Positions 37,661 through 47,292 of a stretch of DNA of 64,000 nucleotides are shown one piece after another. Source of the stretch: Bacteroidales bacterium (GTDB taxonomy: Bacteria > Bacteroidota > Bacteroidia > Bacteroidales > WCHB1-69); NCBI GenBank assembly GCA_024400835.1, contig JAKSMC010000011.1:572-64571 (forward strand). Direction: 5' to 3'. The notes under the pieces were generated by a model that did not search any database, had not been told where the DNA came from, and saw only the letters and a program-made list of their open reading frames with translations. Numbering within the stretch: position 1 is the first letter of the stretch; each line of letters begins with the position of its first letter. A program made the translations under genes and the position numbers.

Positions 37661-39340
37661 TTATTTCCTTGAATGAGTTTTCTTGTCGTTTAAAAGTTCG
37701 CGTGCGGTGGCGCGTGCGGACTCGGTGATTTCGCTGCCGCCGAGGATGCCGGCGATGGCGTCGATACGCTCTTCGTCGTTCAGCGAACGCAGGTTGGTGA
37801 CGGCTTTGCCGTCGACATTGTTCTTGTACACTAAGAAATGCTGGTCGCCGCGGGCCGCAATCTGCGGAAGGTGCGTGATGGCGATTACTTGGTGCTGCTC
37901 GGAAAGCAGACCCATGACGGCAGCCACTTTGTTGGCCGTGTCTCCCGAAATACCCGTGTCGATTTCGTCGAAGATGACTGTCGGCAGAAGGGTGGTGTCG
38001 GAGATGATGGACTTCAGCGCCAACATGATACGCGACATTTCACCGCCGGAGGCTATCTTGCTCAAGTCGGCGGGCACTATCCCGCGGTTGGCGGAAAACA
38101 TGAACTGGGCGTCGTCAGTGCCCGATTGCTGCATCTCATCGCGGTGCGTGAGGACTATCTCGAAACTGCTGTCTGGCATGCCTAACTGGTGGAGGCGCTC
38201 TTCCACTTCCTTCTGGAACTTGGAGATGGCACCCTTGCGGCTGGCGGATAACTTCTCAGCGGCCAACTGCGCCTTGTCGTGAAGAACTTGGCGCTGCTTT
38301 TCCAACTGCTCGAGCAATTCCTGGTTGTCGGTGTACTGGCCGAGCTCTTTTTTCAGTCGGTCGGACAAATTCAACAGGTCTTGGATTGTATCGACTTGGT
38401 ATTTATGTTGTAAAGAGTAGATGAGGTCGATGCGCTCGTTTAGTCGCTCTAACTCTTTGGGGTTGACTTCTATTTCATTTTCCTTGCGTACGATTTCGTA
38501 GGCGAGGTCTTTCAACTCAACGATGACGGCGTCTAGGCGGCTGGCGATGTCCTGAAATTCGGGACCCATCTGCTGCACTGCGTGGCATTCGCTCTGTACG
38601 GATTTGAGTTGCTGGATGATGGTGTTGTCCTCCTGCTCGGAAAGTTGCTGCGCCGCACTATAAAGATGCGATTTGATATCTTCGGCGTGGCTGAGCAGCT
38701 GGATGCTCTGCTCGGTGGCCTCCTGCTCGTCGGCTTGCAACTGGGCGTTGTCCAACTCCTGCACGGTGTAGTTGTTGAATTCCTGTTGCAGCGCGGCTTG
38801 CGCACACTGTTCTTTGACTTGCAGGTACTGTTGGCTGACCTGCTTGAGTTGTGCGAGGGCGTTGCGATAGTTCGTGCGCTGCTGCTGGTTTTGCGCATAT
38901 TGGTCGAGGATGTCGAGCCGGAATTGCGAATTTTGCAGCAGCAGGTTCTGATGCTGGGAGTGGATGTCGATGAGGGTGGAGGTGAGCTCTTTGAGCGTGG
39001 CGAGGGTGACAGGCGTGTCGTTGATGAAGGCCCGTGACTTGCCATGCTCGTTGATTTCACGACGTATGGTGGTCAGGACGTTGTAGTCCAAATCGTTTTG
39101 TTCGAAAAAAGGTTCCAAAGGCAGCCCTGTGGTGTCGAATGTGCCTTCAACAATGCACTTCCTGCTTTTGTCGTACAAGACGTCGGTTTCCGCGCGACTG
39201 CCTAAGATGAGGGATAGAGCCCCCATCAGTATGGACTTGCCCGCACCCGTCTCACCGGTGATGACCGTGAACCCCTCGTCGAACTGTATGTCGAGCGAGC
39301 GGATTAAGGCGTAGTTCTCGATTTGCAGGGCGCGTAACAT
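37661..39340 (-). CDS. recN: DNA repair protein RecN
   Basis: N-terminal ITGETGAGKSILMGAL, long coiled coil, C-terminal ASGGEMSRIMLALK and VIFDEIDTGISG. Confidence 0.92.
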   Translation of the reverse strand: MLRALQIENYALIRSLDIQFDEGFTVITGETGAGKSILMGALSLILGSRAETDVLYDKSRKCIVEGTFDTTGLPLEPFFEQNDLDYNVLTTIRREINEHGKSRAFINDTPVTLATLKELTSTLIDIHSQHQNLLLQNSQFRLDILDQYAQNQQQRTNYRNALAQLKQVSQQYLQVKEQCAQAALQQEFNNYTVQELDNAQLQADEQEATEQSIQLLSHAEDIKSHLYSAAQQLSEQEDNTIIQQLKSVQSECHAVQQMGPEFQDIASRLDAVIVELKDLAYEIVRKENEIEVNPKELERLNERIDLIYSLQHKYQVDTIQDLLNLSDRLKKELGQYTDNQELLEQLEKQRQVLHDKAQLAAEKLSASRKGAISKFQKEVEERLHQLGMPDSSFEIVLTHRDEMQQSGTDDAQFMFSANRGIVPADLSKIASGGEMSRIMLALKSIISDTTLLPTVIFDEIDTGISGDTANKVAAVMGLLSEQHQVIAITHLPQIAARGDQHFLVYKNNVDGKAVTNLRSLNDEERIDAIAGILGGSEITESARATARELLNDKKTHSRK

Positions 39341-39349
39341 AAACCTTTG

Positions 39350-40255
39350 TTATTTAGATGCTGTGTTGATGGCGTCGTAACGGGAAGAGTTCGTCGGGTC
39401 TATTTGCTTCATGATGTTGATGACCTGGGTCTTCTCGCTGGGCATGCCTTCTTTGAAGATGTTGACGATTTCGTCGCATTTCGTGGAGGCGATGATTTTC
39501 ACCAATGCGAGGCCGGATTTCTGGGCATTGACCTGCTGGAGCAGTCTGAGACTTTCCAAGATGACGGCGCGGCCGGCATCAGGTGTCTCGTTCATGACGT
39601 CCAAACCCAATCTGTGATATTGGTAGAAGAAATCGTGAAGTTTGCTGTAGGTGCTGTTGGTGAGGTTCTCGGAAATCCAGTAACGGTTGCTTTGCCCGTT
39701 GTCGGCCACGCTCCAGCCTTTTTCCCTGGCTGATTGGTTGAAGTTGACGATGGACTGCATGTTGGAGTAATAGGGCGCGCCACCGTTCATGGAGAAACTG
39801 TCGAACTCGACAGCTAAGAACAGGTTCAGATAATAGGCAATCAGCGCGGTGAATTGTGACAGGTTCTGGTTGTCAGCATATTCCAACGGGTCGCCTTCCG
39901 CGTAGGTGAACTGGATGTTCTTGTCTTGGAAGTTCAACAAAGTGGTCTTGTAACTGGCCTTGTAAACAGGACGTTGCAACAAGATGGTCATTGTGCCCTT
40001 CATGACATCACCAGATACTTCGGTGAGGTTGATTTGGAGGGCGCATTCGATACGCTCGTTTGTCTTCAGATTGTACTGGCACCATTTGCGGTCATGGATG
40101 AACTGATACAGTTTCTGCTGTAAGTCGTTGTACCGTTGCTGGTTGACGCCGCCCGTAACTTGGTTGGCGTTGATGGAAACCTGGCATTGGAAGTCCTGTG
40201 CGGCCAGACAGCCACAGAGGAGCAAAAGGCATATCAGAGTGCAAAGACGTTTCAT
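39350..40255 (-). CDS. Conserved Bacteroidota protein of unknown function (DUF4835-like by position)
   Basis: Signal peptide. It occupies the recN/coaBC intergenic position. Assigned from remembered synteny, not from motifs. Confidence 0.45.
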   Translation of the reverse strand: MKRLCTLICLLLLCGCLAAQDFQCQVSINANQVTGGVNQQRYNDLQQKLYQFIHDRKWCQYNLKTNERIECALQINLTEVSGDVMKGTMTILLQRPVYKASYKTTLLNFQDKNIQFTYAEGDPLEYADNQNLSQFTALIAYYLNLFLAVEFDSFSMNGGAPYYSNMQSIVNFNQSAREKGWSVADNGQSNRYWISENLTNSTYSKLHDFFYQYHRLGLDVMNETPDAGRAVILESLRLLQQVNAQKSGLALVKIIASTKCDEIVNIFKEGMPSEKTQVINIMKQIDPTNSSRYDAINTASK

Positions 40256-40256
40256 G

Positions 40257-41459
40257 TTACTGTTGTTTGTTCGTTAACTGATCAATGAGGTTGAGGATGT
40301 CGACAGCAATTTCCCGTTTGTCCTTCAACTCGCTTTCGAAGGTCTGTTCGTCGCGGGTAATCATGAGGACCTTGTTGGTTTGCGTTCGGAATCCGGCCCC
40401 TTTTGTACGCAGGGAGTTCAAAACGATGAGGTCTGCGTTTTTAGTATGCAGTTTTTTCAGCGCGTTCACTTTTTCGTTTTCGGTTTCCAAAGCGAAGCCT
40501 ACGAGGAATTGGTCGTCGCGCTTTTGTTTGCCGATGGTGGCCAGGATGTCCTTGGTCTTTACCAGTCGGATGTTGAGTTCGTCGCAAGTTTTTTTGATTT
40601 TCTGGGGAGCGGTTTCGGCGGGGGTGAAGTCGGCCACGGCTGCGGACATGATCATGATGTCCTGTTGGTCGGCGATGGCCATGCACTGTTGGAACATCTG
40701 TTCGGCGGAGGTCACGTCCACGCGGTGAATGAGCGGGTTGGACGTGCTGAGGCTGGTCGGCCCGGTGACCAAGGTGACGTCGGCGCCGCGTTCGGCGGCT
40801 GCCTCTGCCAATGAGAATCCCATGAGGCCGGAGGAGTGGTTGCCGATGAAACGCACCGGATCGATGGGCTCGTAGGTGGGGCCGGCGGTGATCATGACTT
40901 TCTTACCTGAGAAAATTTGTTTTGATTGGAGATGTTGATTTACTATGGTGTATATTTTCTCGGGTTCTTCCATGCGTCCGTTGCCGGTGGTCCCGCAGGC
41001 TAAGAAGCCGCTCTGCGGTTCGATGATGTGGCAGCCTTTCTGCTTCAGCAGGTCGATGTTGTGCTGGACGGTGGGTTCGTTGAACATGTTCTCGTTCATA
41101 GCCGGGGCTATGAATATGGGCTTGCGGGTGGCCAGCAGCATGGTGGAGAGCGCGTCGTCGGCGATGCCGCAGGCATATTTGCCGATGATGTTGGCGGTGG
41201 CGGGAGCCACTACCACGCAGTCTGCCCATTCTGCTGTGCTGATGTGCTGCACGTCGCGGTGCTCCGTGGGGTCAAACAAATCCGAATAGAGCTTGTTCTG
41301 CGACAGCGTCTCGATGGTCAGCGGAGTCACGAACTCTAAGGCATGTTTCGTGGCCACAACGCGGACTTCGTACCCGTTGCTCTTGAACAGGCGGATGAGA
41401 AACAGCGACTTGTAGGCCGCAATGCCTCCCGTGATGCCGATGACGATGTGTCTGCCCAT
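40257..41459 (-). CDS. coaBC: Bifunctional phosphopantothenoylcysteine decarboxylase / phosphopantothenate-cysteine ligase
   Basis: [42 protein letters not shown]. Confidence 0.92.
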   Translation of the reverse strand: MGRHIVIGITGGIAAYKSLFLIRLFKSNGYEVRVVATKHALEFVTPLTIETLSQNKLYSDLFDPTEHRDVQHISTAEWADCVVVAPATANIIGKYACGIADDALSTMLLATRKPIFIAPAMNENMFNEPTVQHNIDLLKQKGCHIIEPQSGFLACGTTGNGRMEEPEKIYTIVNQHLQSKQIFSGKKVMITAGPTYEPIDPVRFIGNHSSGLMGFSLAEAAAERGADVTLVTGPTSLSTSNPLIHRVDVTSAEQMFQQCMAIADQQDIMIMSAAVADFTPAETAPQKIKKTCDELNIRLVKTKDILATIGKQKRDDQFLVGFALETENEKVNALKKLHTKNADLIVLNSLRTKGAGFRTQTNKVLMITRDEQTFESELKDKREIAVDILNLIDQLTNKQQ

Positions 41460-41470
41460 TGCTCTGCGGA

Positions 41471-41800
41471 TTATTCGGTGTCAGCGTCCTTGAAATAAAC
41501 CTGGTCGTGTTCGAACTCGTAAAGTGCCAGTTGCGTGGGCTTCGGGAGTTGCTCGTAGAACTTGGAGAGCTCTATCTGCTCGCGGTTCTCGAAAACCTCT
41601 TCCAAAGTCTCTGCGTTGGTGGAATATTGTTGTGAACTTTCCTGGAATTCCTGTTTCAGGTCAGCGGCAATTTGGTCAGCACGTTTGGACATGACGACGA
41701 TGCTCTTGTAGTAGTTGCCCGTCTGCTTGTCGAATTGTCTGATGTCTTTGGTCTTTGCGAAAAGGTCAGTTTTCAGTTTCTTGTAATCTGCAGCTTTCAT
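41471..41800 (-). CDS. rpoZ: Probable RNA polymerase omega subunit (Bacteroidota long form)
   Basis: NYYKSIVVMSKRADQIA core. Position between bamD and coaBC. Confidence 0.5.
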   Translation of the reverse strand: MKAADYKKLKTDLFAKTKDIRQFDKQTGNYYKSIVVMSKRADQIAADLKQEFQESSQQYSTNAETLEEVFENREQIELSKFYEQLPKPTQLALYEFEHDQVYFKDADTE

Positions 41801-41815
41801 AAATTATTGTGATTA

Positions 41816-42742
41816 TTATTTTTGATTGTATTTATTCAGGATCTTCTGCACGTCTTGTGCTATCTTGTTTGTCTCTTTGAAATACTTGGAGTCCGGGTGG
41901 TTGAGTTCCATGCGTTTGCAGGCATCCAAGCAGGCTTTGTATCGTTCTTCCTTCTTCTTTTCCACACTCTTCTTGGCATACTCGTAGTTGTTAAGTACCA
42001 GATAATACACGGCTTCCGGCATGAGCGGGGAGTAGGAGTAGGTGTTGAAGAAGTTCTTGGCCGCTATTTGGCAGGCTTCGAAACGGTCTGTGTTATAGTA
42101 GAGTTTGAGGATTTCCAAATCTTTGCGTGCCAGTTTCACGCGGAGGTCGTCCAGCATCGTGTTGCATTCCTCGATGTGGTCGTTGTTGGGATAGGCCTGT
42201 ATGAAGGCCTTGATTTCCTCGATGGCATATTCCGTGCTTGACTGGTCCAGACTATAGTCAGGAGATGTCTTATAGATGGCAGACACGCAGTAGTAGAAGG
42301 CCTCCTCAGTGCGCTTCGTGCTCGGATAGCGGCGCACGTAGTCGCGGAAGTGAAAGGCTGCCATGTTGTAGTCGCCGTTCATATAGTAGCAGTGCGCGAA
42401 GAGGAAGAGGATGGTGTCGGCGCGGGGCGTGCCCAGGGAGAGCGGGTAGAGTTCTTCAAACAGCCCGGCAGCGGACAGGAAGAGCTGGTTGTTGTAATAT
42501 TTCATGGCACGGGCGTAACTCTGGTCGAAGTTCTCGAACGTCACTTTCTTGTTACCCCATGAGCGCTCCTTCTTGACCGATTTCGTGCCGGTTTTCTTGA
42601 CAGTGTCCTGCTTGGAAGTGTCCAAAACAGAAAAAACTGTTTCAGAATTGGGAACAATCGGGGCTGCGAAATCCGCGGCACAAAGGTCCACGGAAGAAGC
42701 TAATAATGTTATTATCAATAAATTAAATATCTTCTTCACCAT
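41816..42742 (-). CDS. bamD: Outer-membrane protein assembly factor BamD (TPR lipoprotein-like)
   Basis: Signal sequence. TPR-like helical repeats (YARAMKYYNNQLFLSAAGLFEELY, AAFHFRDYVRRYPS, IKAFIQAYPNN). Conserved synteny. Confidence 0.72.
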   Translation of the reverse strand: MVKKIFNLLIITLLASSVDLCAADFAAPIVPNSETVFSVLDTSKQDTVKKTGTKSVKKERSWGNKKVTFENFDQSYARAMKYYNNQLFLSAAGLFEELYPLSLGTPRADTILFLFAHCYYMNGDYNMAAFHFRDYVRRYPSTKRTEEAFYYCVSAIYKTSPDYSLDQSSTEYAIEEIKAFIQAYPNNDHIEECNTMLDDLRVKLARKDLEILKLYYNTDRFEACQIAAKNFFNTYSYSPLMPEAVYYLVLNNYEYAKKSVEKKKEERYKACLDACKRMELNHPDSKYFKETNKIAQDVQKILNKYNQK

Positions 42743-42861
42743 AGTAAATCAAAACGGGCAAAGATAGTAAAAAAATCCAATTCTGGGAAATGGAATAAAA
42801 TTGCCCACGTTACAATGGTTCTATTTCACGTGTGATAGAAAATTCATAAGTATTAGAGCTA

Positions 42862-42992
42862 TTGTTGTCAATTGGATTTTGGAACTTGGAGTTTGGATTT
42901 TCTTTACTGTTTATTCTCAATTCGGTAAGCGGGTGCGAAGATAGGATTTTATTGGACAGGGGGGCTGCCAGAATTGCGGGGACATATACCAA
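42862..42992 (-). repeat. Cassette leader repeat L1, a cassette-less terminal copy abutting bamD
   Basis: The minus strand reads ...aaaatCCTATCTTCGCACCCGCTTaCCGAATTGAGAATAAACAGTAAAGAAAAtCCAAACtCCAAGTTCCAAAATCCAATTGACAAC..., then diverges. No RHS core follows. Confidence 0.8.
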
Positions 42993-42993
42993 A

Positions 42994-43461
42994 TCATTCG
43001 GAACAAGTCTTTTTTAAAACTTGATAATATGTATTAGTCATTCCTACTATTAAAAAATTATAATCTCCACCATAAAAAGGAGGAGGTGTCTTTAAGCAAA
43101 TAAAACTCGAAGAACCTGGAATAATAGTTAGAATTTTGTCAGGAACATTTTTAGGGAAAAGATAATATTTCCCATTAATTTTTTTATAACATCCGATATT
43201 TTGAATTATTTCATCATCAATAATAAGCGGTTTTATTTCTATGAAAAAATTATTTTTAGAAAAATCTGATAGAAACATATCAACTATAAAGAATTCATAT
43301 GGCGCATTTTTGAAACAATTATTTGTTGAAATCCCATATATGATTTTTTCAAGTTTACGGTCAATAAAATTCATTTCTGGAAGTACTGTGTACTTTTTTT
43401 CTTGTGCCATAGTATTTCCAATAGAAAGAATAAACAAAATAAAAAAATAGATTTTCTTCAT
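42994..43461 (-). CDS. Putative secreted immunity protein of cassette m4
   Basis: Overlaps the toxin stop by 4 nt. Signal peptide MKKIYFFILFILSIGNTMAQ. No recognisable domain. Confidence 0.55.
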   Translation of the reverse strand: MKKIYFFILFILSIGNTMAQEKKYTVLPEMNFIDRKLEKIIYGISTNNCFKNAPYEFFIVDMFLSDFSKNNFFIEIKPLIIDDEIIQNIGCYKKINGKYYLFPKNVPDKILTIIPGSSSFICLKTPPPFYGGDYNFLIVGMTNTYYQVLKKTCSE

Positions 43462-44360
43462 TGTTTTTTACTTATTATAACACTCCTACACATAAAATAT
43501 GAAAAATCACTTGGTAATGAATTCTGATTGTATTTAATATATTTCCCGTTTTTGGGAGTGTATATTTTAAAGAATGGCTGCCCTCCTCCATTTTTATTCG
43601 ATATTTTACAAAGATATTTGGCGACTGCAATATCTCCTCCAGGACTGGTAAGACCAGAAGGATACGGTGTATTGTTGGGGTGATTATGGATGCTGCCTCT
43701 AATAGTGTAACCGTACTTATATTTATTCTCTATCAGAAAGGTTGCGGCTTGATTCCGATCAATCTCATGAGAGGTAGAAATAACATTTAATCCATTTTCT
43801 CCAGATTCCCCTAAAAGTAATTGTGCCCACTCCACATTCGTGTTGTCAGAAAGAAATTCAAACAATTCCGATGCATTATTATCTCCTCGAACATTATACC
43901 AATCAAATTTTTTGTGGGCATTATCGGAATACTGGGACTTGAATTGTTCTATAGTCTGATATTTAAATGACAATTCTTTACCTTCTATTCTATTCCCATT
44001 TTTATCGACAATATAAAAAGCATCATGTTGATCTGTTTGAATATGATTTACAACTTTTCCCCAACGATTGATTTCCCACTCATCCTCCCCATTGGGATCA
44101 ACCACCATTATCGGATTATTACTACAATAAACATAGTTCGACTCATGGGGGCATTTGTCACTCATGGGATCCACACTAAGCCAAATGCTCAGGTCGCTGC
44201 TATAATACCTTGCGCCAAAATAGCTTAGCCCGGTTTCCGTGTCGCGCTCTTTTGCCGAAAAGGAGTAATTTAGGGTATAGGTAACAGGTAATAGGGAATA
44301 GGTGGCGGCGGAGGGCGCTGCTACGGAGGTGGGGCGATATGTACAGGCTGTTATTCTCAA
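43458..44360 (-). CDS. Orphan RHS-core-tail + JAB/JAMM-like metallopeptidase toxin module (m4)
   Basis: FSAKERDTETGLSYFGARYYSSDLSIWLSVDPMSDK...NNPIMVVDPNG followed by a tail with TSHE...GSIHNHPNNTPYPSGLTSPGGD (E, HxH, S, D). There is no in-frame ATG before the core; the ORF-track start is TTG. Confidence 0.6.
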   Translation of the reverse strand: MRITACTYRPTSVAAPSAATYSLLPVTYTLNYSFSAKERDTETGLSYFGARYYSSDLSIWLSVDPMSDKCPHESNYVYCSNNPIMVVDPNGEDEWEINRWGKVVNHIQTDQHDAFYIVDKNGNRIEGKELSFKYQTIEQFKSQYSDNAHKKFDWYNVRGDNNASELFEFLSDNTNVEWAQLLLGESGENGLNVISTSHEIDRNQAATFLIENKYKYGYTIRGSIHNHPNNTPYPSGLTSPGGDIAVAKYLCKISNKNGGGQPFFKIYTPKNGKYIKYNQNSLPSDFSYFMCRSVIISKKQ

Positions 44361-44425
44361 TTGTCAATTATCAATTCGGGAAGCGGGTGCGAAGAAAGGA
44401 AATTATTGGTAATAGTCTCCAATAT
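44341..44425 (-). repeat. Cassette leader repeat L2 (short subtype)
   Basis: The minus strand reads ccaataatttCCTtTCTTCGCACCCGCTTcCCGAATTGAtAATTGAcAATTGAGAATAACAG. It lacks the ~57-bp CCAAACCCCAAG...GACAACGAC block. Confidence 0.75.
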
Positions 44426-44440
44426 TTGAATTTCAAGAAA

Positions 44441-45073
44441 TCACCATGCTACGCACCAAAAAATGACATATTCATTGTTGGGATTAATAGCAACTCCAGA
44501 CCGATATCCGTGCCGTAAATGTGCTGGAAGCCATTGACGCTCGCAATTCCATTTGTCATTTAGCACCAGAGTGTTCCCCGATTTGATAACATAGATTGTA
44601 TAATCCGAGGACAAGCCTGTATTCGTCGTTGAATCAACAAACACACTATCTGATTTATTATCATCTAGTCTGTGGAATATTTTGAAATCGGGTATTATTG
44701 TGTTGATTTGTGCGTTAATATAACTGGAATCCAATTGAAATCTTTTATCAAAATCTCGGTCTTTCAAAATCACAAGTTCTGAAGAATCGTTCAATATTTG
44801 GATGGCATTATTTTCAGAAAATGTTTTTATGAATTCCACATCAAAATATTTTTTTGAGACGACTTTAATATATCTACAACAATTTGTGGGATTAGTGCAT
44901 CGTTCCGAGAGGTCAGACGGTATTAGCATAAAAGCACCTACTTCATTTGTCGGAAAAAAATAACAAATACTATCAGGAATCGGGTTTACATCAAAATGCA
45001 GTAAACACCTATTGTGAGATTGCGAACTGGCTGTAAGATTTACTAAAATAAGAAGCAAACAAGAAAATTTCAT
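44441..45073 (-). CDS. Extra orphan immunity-like secreted protein with no cognate toxin ORF
   Basis: Signal peptide MKFSCLLLILVNLTASSQS. It lies between the m3 immunity gene and leader L2. No domain recognised. Confidence 0.45.
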   Translation of the reverse strand: MKFSCLLLILVNLTASSQSHNRCLLHFDVNPIPDSICYFFPTNEVGAFMLIPSDLSERCTNPTNCCRYIKVVSKKYFDVEFIKTFSENNAIQILNDSSELVILKDRDFDKRFQLDSSYINAQINTIIPDFKIFHRLDDNKSDSVFVDSTTNTGLSSDYTIYVIKSGNTLVLNDKWNCERQWLPAHLRHGYRSGVAINPNNEYVIFWCVAW

Positions 45074-45264
45074 AATAACAAAACTACAATTAATACATCA
45101 GTTTAAGCGATTAGAGCATTTTACTAATAGTTTCTATTATATTAGGCATAGTCTGCTTCATTATATTCCTAAATTTCGCAGAGTTACTATTAGAGTATTC
45201 ATATTGTCTTATTTCATTCCATGTTGTTTTTCTAATAAGAGATTAAGAACAAGACATCATTGTT

Positions 45265-45726
45265 CTATTGGAAAATTTTACATAATTGTCCGATAGGGTC
45301 TTGCCCATTTTCTGATATAGTATCGGATGCAATAATTTCAGAGGATTGCAAATGGCCTTTTTTGGCCGCAATTAACAAATATTTTATAGCCAACTGTGCT
45401 GTCATAGAGTCTATTTGTCTAATGTCTGACAAATACGGAACGGTTAAACAGTCAAAAACATCAAAGTATGCTTGTGCGTAATCATACTTGTTGGCCATTA
45501 TCCATGCATATGATAATAATTCTTCATCACCGTATTCATAGTCCATTAGCAGAATTGAAAGGTCATCATAGGCGGAAGTGTCACCTGTCTCTACTATTTG
45601 CCGCTTTAGTTGAGATATGCTTTTTGTGGAACATTCCATAGGGTAGATCGTTTTGTCATCATACTTACAAGAATAAAACAAAATTGAAGTAGATATGATG
45701 ATACTGAAATAGATGTATTTTTTCAT
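45265..45726 (-). CDS. Putative immunity lipoprotein of cassette m3, helical and possibly Sel1/TPR-like
   Basis: 20 nt after the toxin stop. Lipobox ILFYSC. Helical repeat-like LAIKYLLIAAKKGHLQS. Confidence 0.5.
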   Translation of the reverse strand: MKKYIYFSIIISTSILFYSCKYDDKTIYPMECSTKSISQLKRQIVETGDTSAYDDLSILLMDYEYGDEELLSYAWIMANKYDYAQAYFDVFDCLTVPYLSDIRQIDSMTAQLAIKYLLIAAKKGHLQSSEIIASDTISENGQDPIGQLCKIFQ

Positions 45727-45745
45727 ATAACAATATTAAAATTAA

Positions 45746-46570
45746 TTAGTACAATAGTCTATCTAATACTGTAGGCTTTTCTTTGGGGCTCCAGTTCCCC
45801 TTAAAAGATTTCACTTCTTTCCCATTACGAAAAACCTTCCAATTCCCTGTGACGTTTGATCTCTCTTTGCTTTTAATATTACCATTATCATCTCTTTTAT
45901 ACTCATTGTCGCTGTCAGCATATTTAGCTTTATAGGTCCCTACTTGCCCCTCCTCATTAAAATACACTCTTTGGTCAGGTGCGACAACAGTAACATTTAA
46001 CTCTTTTGATACTTTTTCTGCAAAAGAATTGTCTCCTTCGCCAGTTCTACAAGAATGCAAGATGATAGTTGTTGCATCGTTTTCCTGTCTATTCTTCCAT
46101 ACATTGCTATATTTTGACAATAATTTTTCTAACTGCTGGGCTGTTCTCACTTGTTGCTTCCTACCATCAATGGTTACGATTAAACCTTTTGAAGATCCAT
46201 GCGCGAATATATGAATAGCACCGTCATCATTGTATTTTTCAGCTCCTGAAATAATTGCTTTGTCTTTATTCTTATCTAACCATATTAGTTTTTCTTCACC
46301 ATTGGGATCAATGAACTTCACCGGGTTGTCCGCGCAATAAACATACGCACACATCGACGGGTACTTGTCACTCATCGGGTCCACGCTCAACCAGATGCTC
46401 AGGTCACTGCTGTAATATCTTGCTCCAAAGTACGATAGCCCGGTTTCCGCGTCGCGTTCCTTGGCCGAAAAGGCGTAATTTAGGGAATAGGTAACAGGGT
46501 ATAGGGAATAGGTGGCGGCGGCGGGCGCTGCTGAGACGGTGGGGCGATATGTGCGGACTGTTATTCTCAA
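45746..46570 (-). CDS. Orphan RHS-core-tail + toxin with candidate His/Cys dyad (m3)
   Basis: Core FSAKERDAETGLSYFGARYYSSDLSIWLSVDPMSDKYPS...FIDPNG. Tail with AIHIFAHGS (46192-46217) and IILHSCRTG (46041-46066). No in-frame ATG before the core. Confidence 0.55.
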   Translation of the reverse strand: MRITVRTYRPTVSAAPAAATYSLYPVTYSLNYAFSAKERDAETGLSYFGARYYSSDLSIWLSVDPMSDKYPSMCAYVYCADNPVKFIDPNGEEKLIWLDKNKDKAIISGAEKYNDDGAIHIFAHGSSKGLIVTIDGRKQQVRTAQQLEKLLSKYSNVWKNRQENDATTIILHSCRTGEGDNSFAEKVSKELNVTVVAPDQRVYFNEEGQVGTYKAKYADSDNEYKRDDNGNIKSKERSNVTGNWKVFRNGKEVKSFKGNWSPKEKPTVLDRLLY

Positions 46571-46655
46571 TTCTCAATTCGGAAAAGCGGGTGCGAAGAT
46601 AGGAAATTATTAGATAGGGTTACTGTTCGAATTATGGGGACCATTGTAATAAATA
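46561..46655 (-). repeat. Cassette leader repeat L3 (short subtype)
   Basis: The minus strand reads aatggtccccataattcgaacag...taataatttCCTATCTTCGCACCCGCTTTTCCGAATTGAGAATTGAGAATAACAG. Confidence 0.8.
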
Positions 46656-46689
46656 TGTACTACATAACATAGTGTTTTAATCTGAAAAT

Positions 46690-47292
46690 TTATGGAAAGA
46701 ATGTTTTATATTTTACAATCTTATTGAATTTGTTTTTCTTGACCGGCATCTCTAATTTGAGTGCAGAATCTATAAGGCTATTCAACACGTTTGTGTCTCC
46801 TGGAGCTGCGTGTGTATATCCTACAACAAGATATTCAAACCCCCAAAAGCCAGCTCCTGTCACTGGATCCGGTTTCTCCAGATCATACCTCATACAATAT
46901 TTCCACAACGATGTATCACCACCTTTTTCATATATTCGGCCTTGCTTGTGAGATGAGATCGGCATTCCTTTTTTCAAGGAATCCTGTGCCTTTAATAGAT
47001 TGTTGTAAACTGGTCCAAAACAACAAACCGAGTCCCCATAGGCAGGACTCTCATCACTTATGTAAAAATAAGCATTGTTGTATGAAAAATAATAACTCGT
47101 AGAGCTTCCAATTATTAAATATTCTAATTTGCAATGTGGAGGTAACTTTACAAGATAAACAGGCGAAAAATATTCGGGCTTGTATAAAAAAGAGTCAAAT
47201 GCTCGATTTGTAGTGAGTCTCTTGATATGGCAACCATTTAGAATTACCATACAGCTAATTAGAACAATCAATAAGACCTTGTTAGAACTCAT
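46690..47292 (-). CDS. Putative immunity lipoprotein of cassette m2
   Basis: The ATG at 47292 overlaps the toxin stop by 11 nt. MSSNKVLLIVLISCMVILNGC lipobox. Confidence 0.55.
   Translation of the reverse strand: MSSNKVLLIVLISCMVILNGCHIKRLTTNRAFDSFLYKPEYFSPVYLVKLPPHCKLEYLIIGSSTSYYFSYNNAYFYISDESPAYGDSVCCFGPVYNNLLKAQDSLKKGMPISSHKQGRIYEKGGDTSLWKYCMRYDLEKPDPVTGAGFWGFEYLVVGYTHAAPGDTNVLNSLIDSALKLEMPVKKNKFNKIVKYKTFFP

Noticed and set aside
42810-42992. 60-aa ORF across leader L1, and the 97-aa ORF 54056-54349 across leader L9
   Set aside because: The same leader sequence in the other copies is interrupted by stops in that frame. The conservation is therefore at the DNA level, not the protein level.
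45074-45264. Spacer as a decayed toxin 3' end
   Set aside because: It holds only 13-16-codon ORFs with no resemblance I can see to any of the seven tails. It is kept as a hypothesis in the findings, not annotated.
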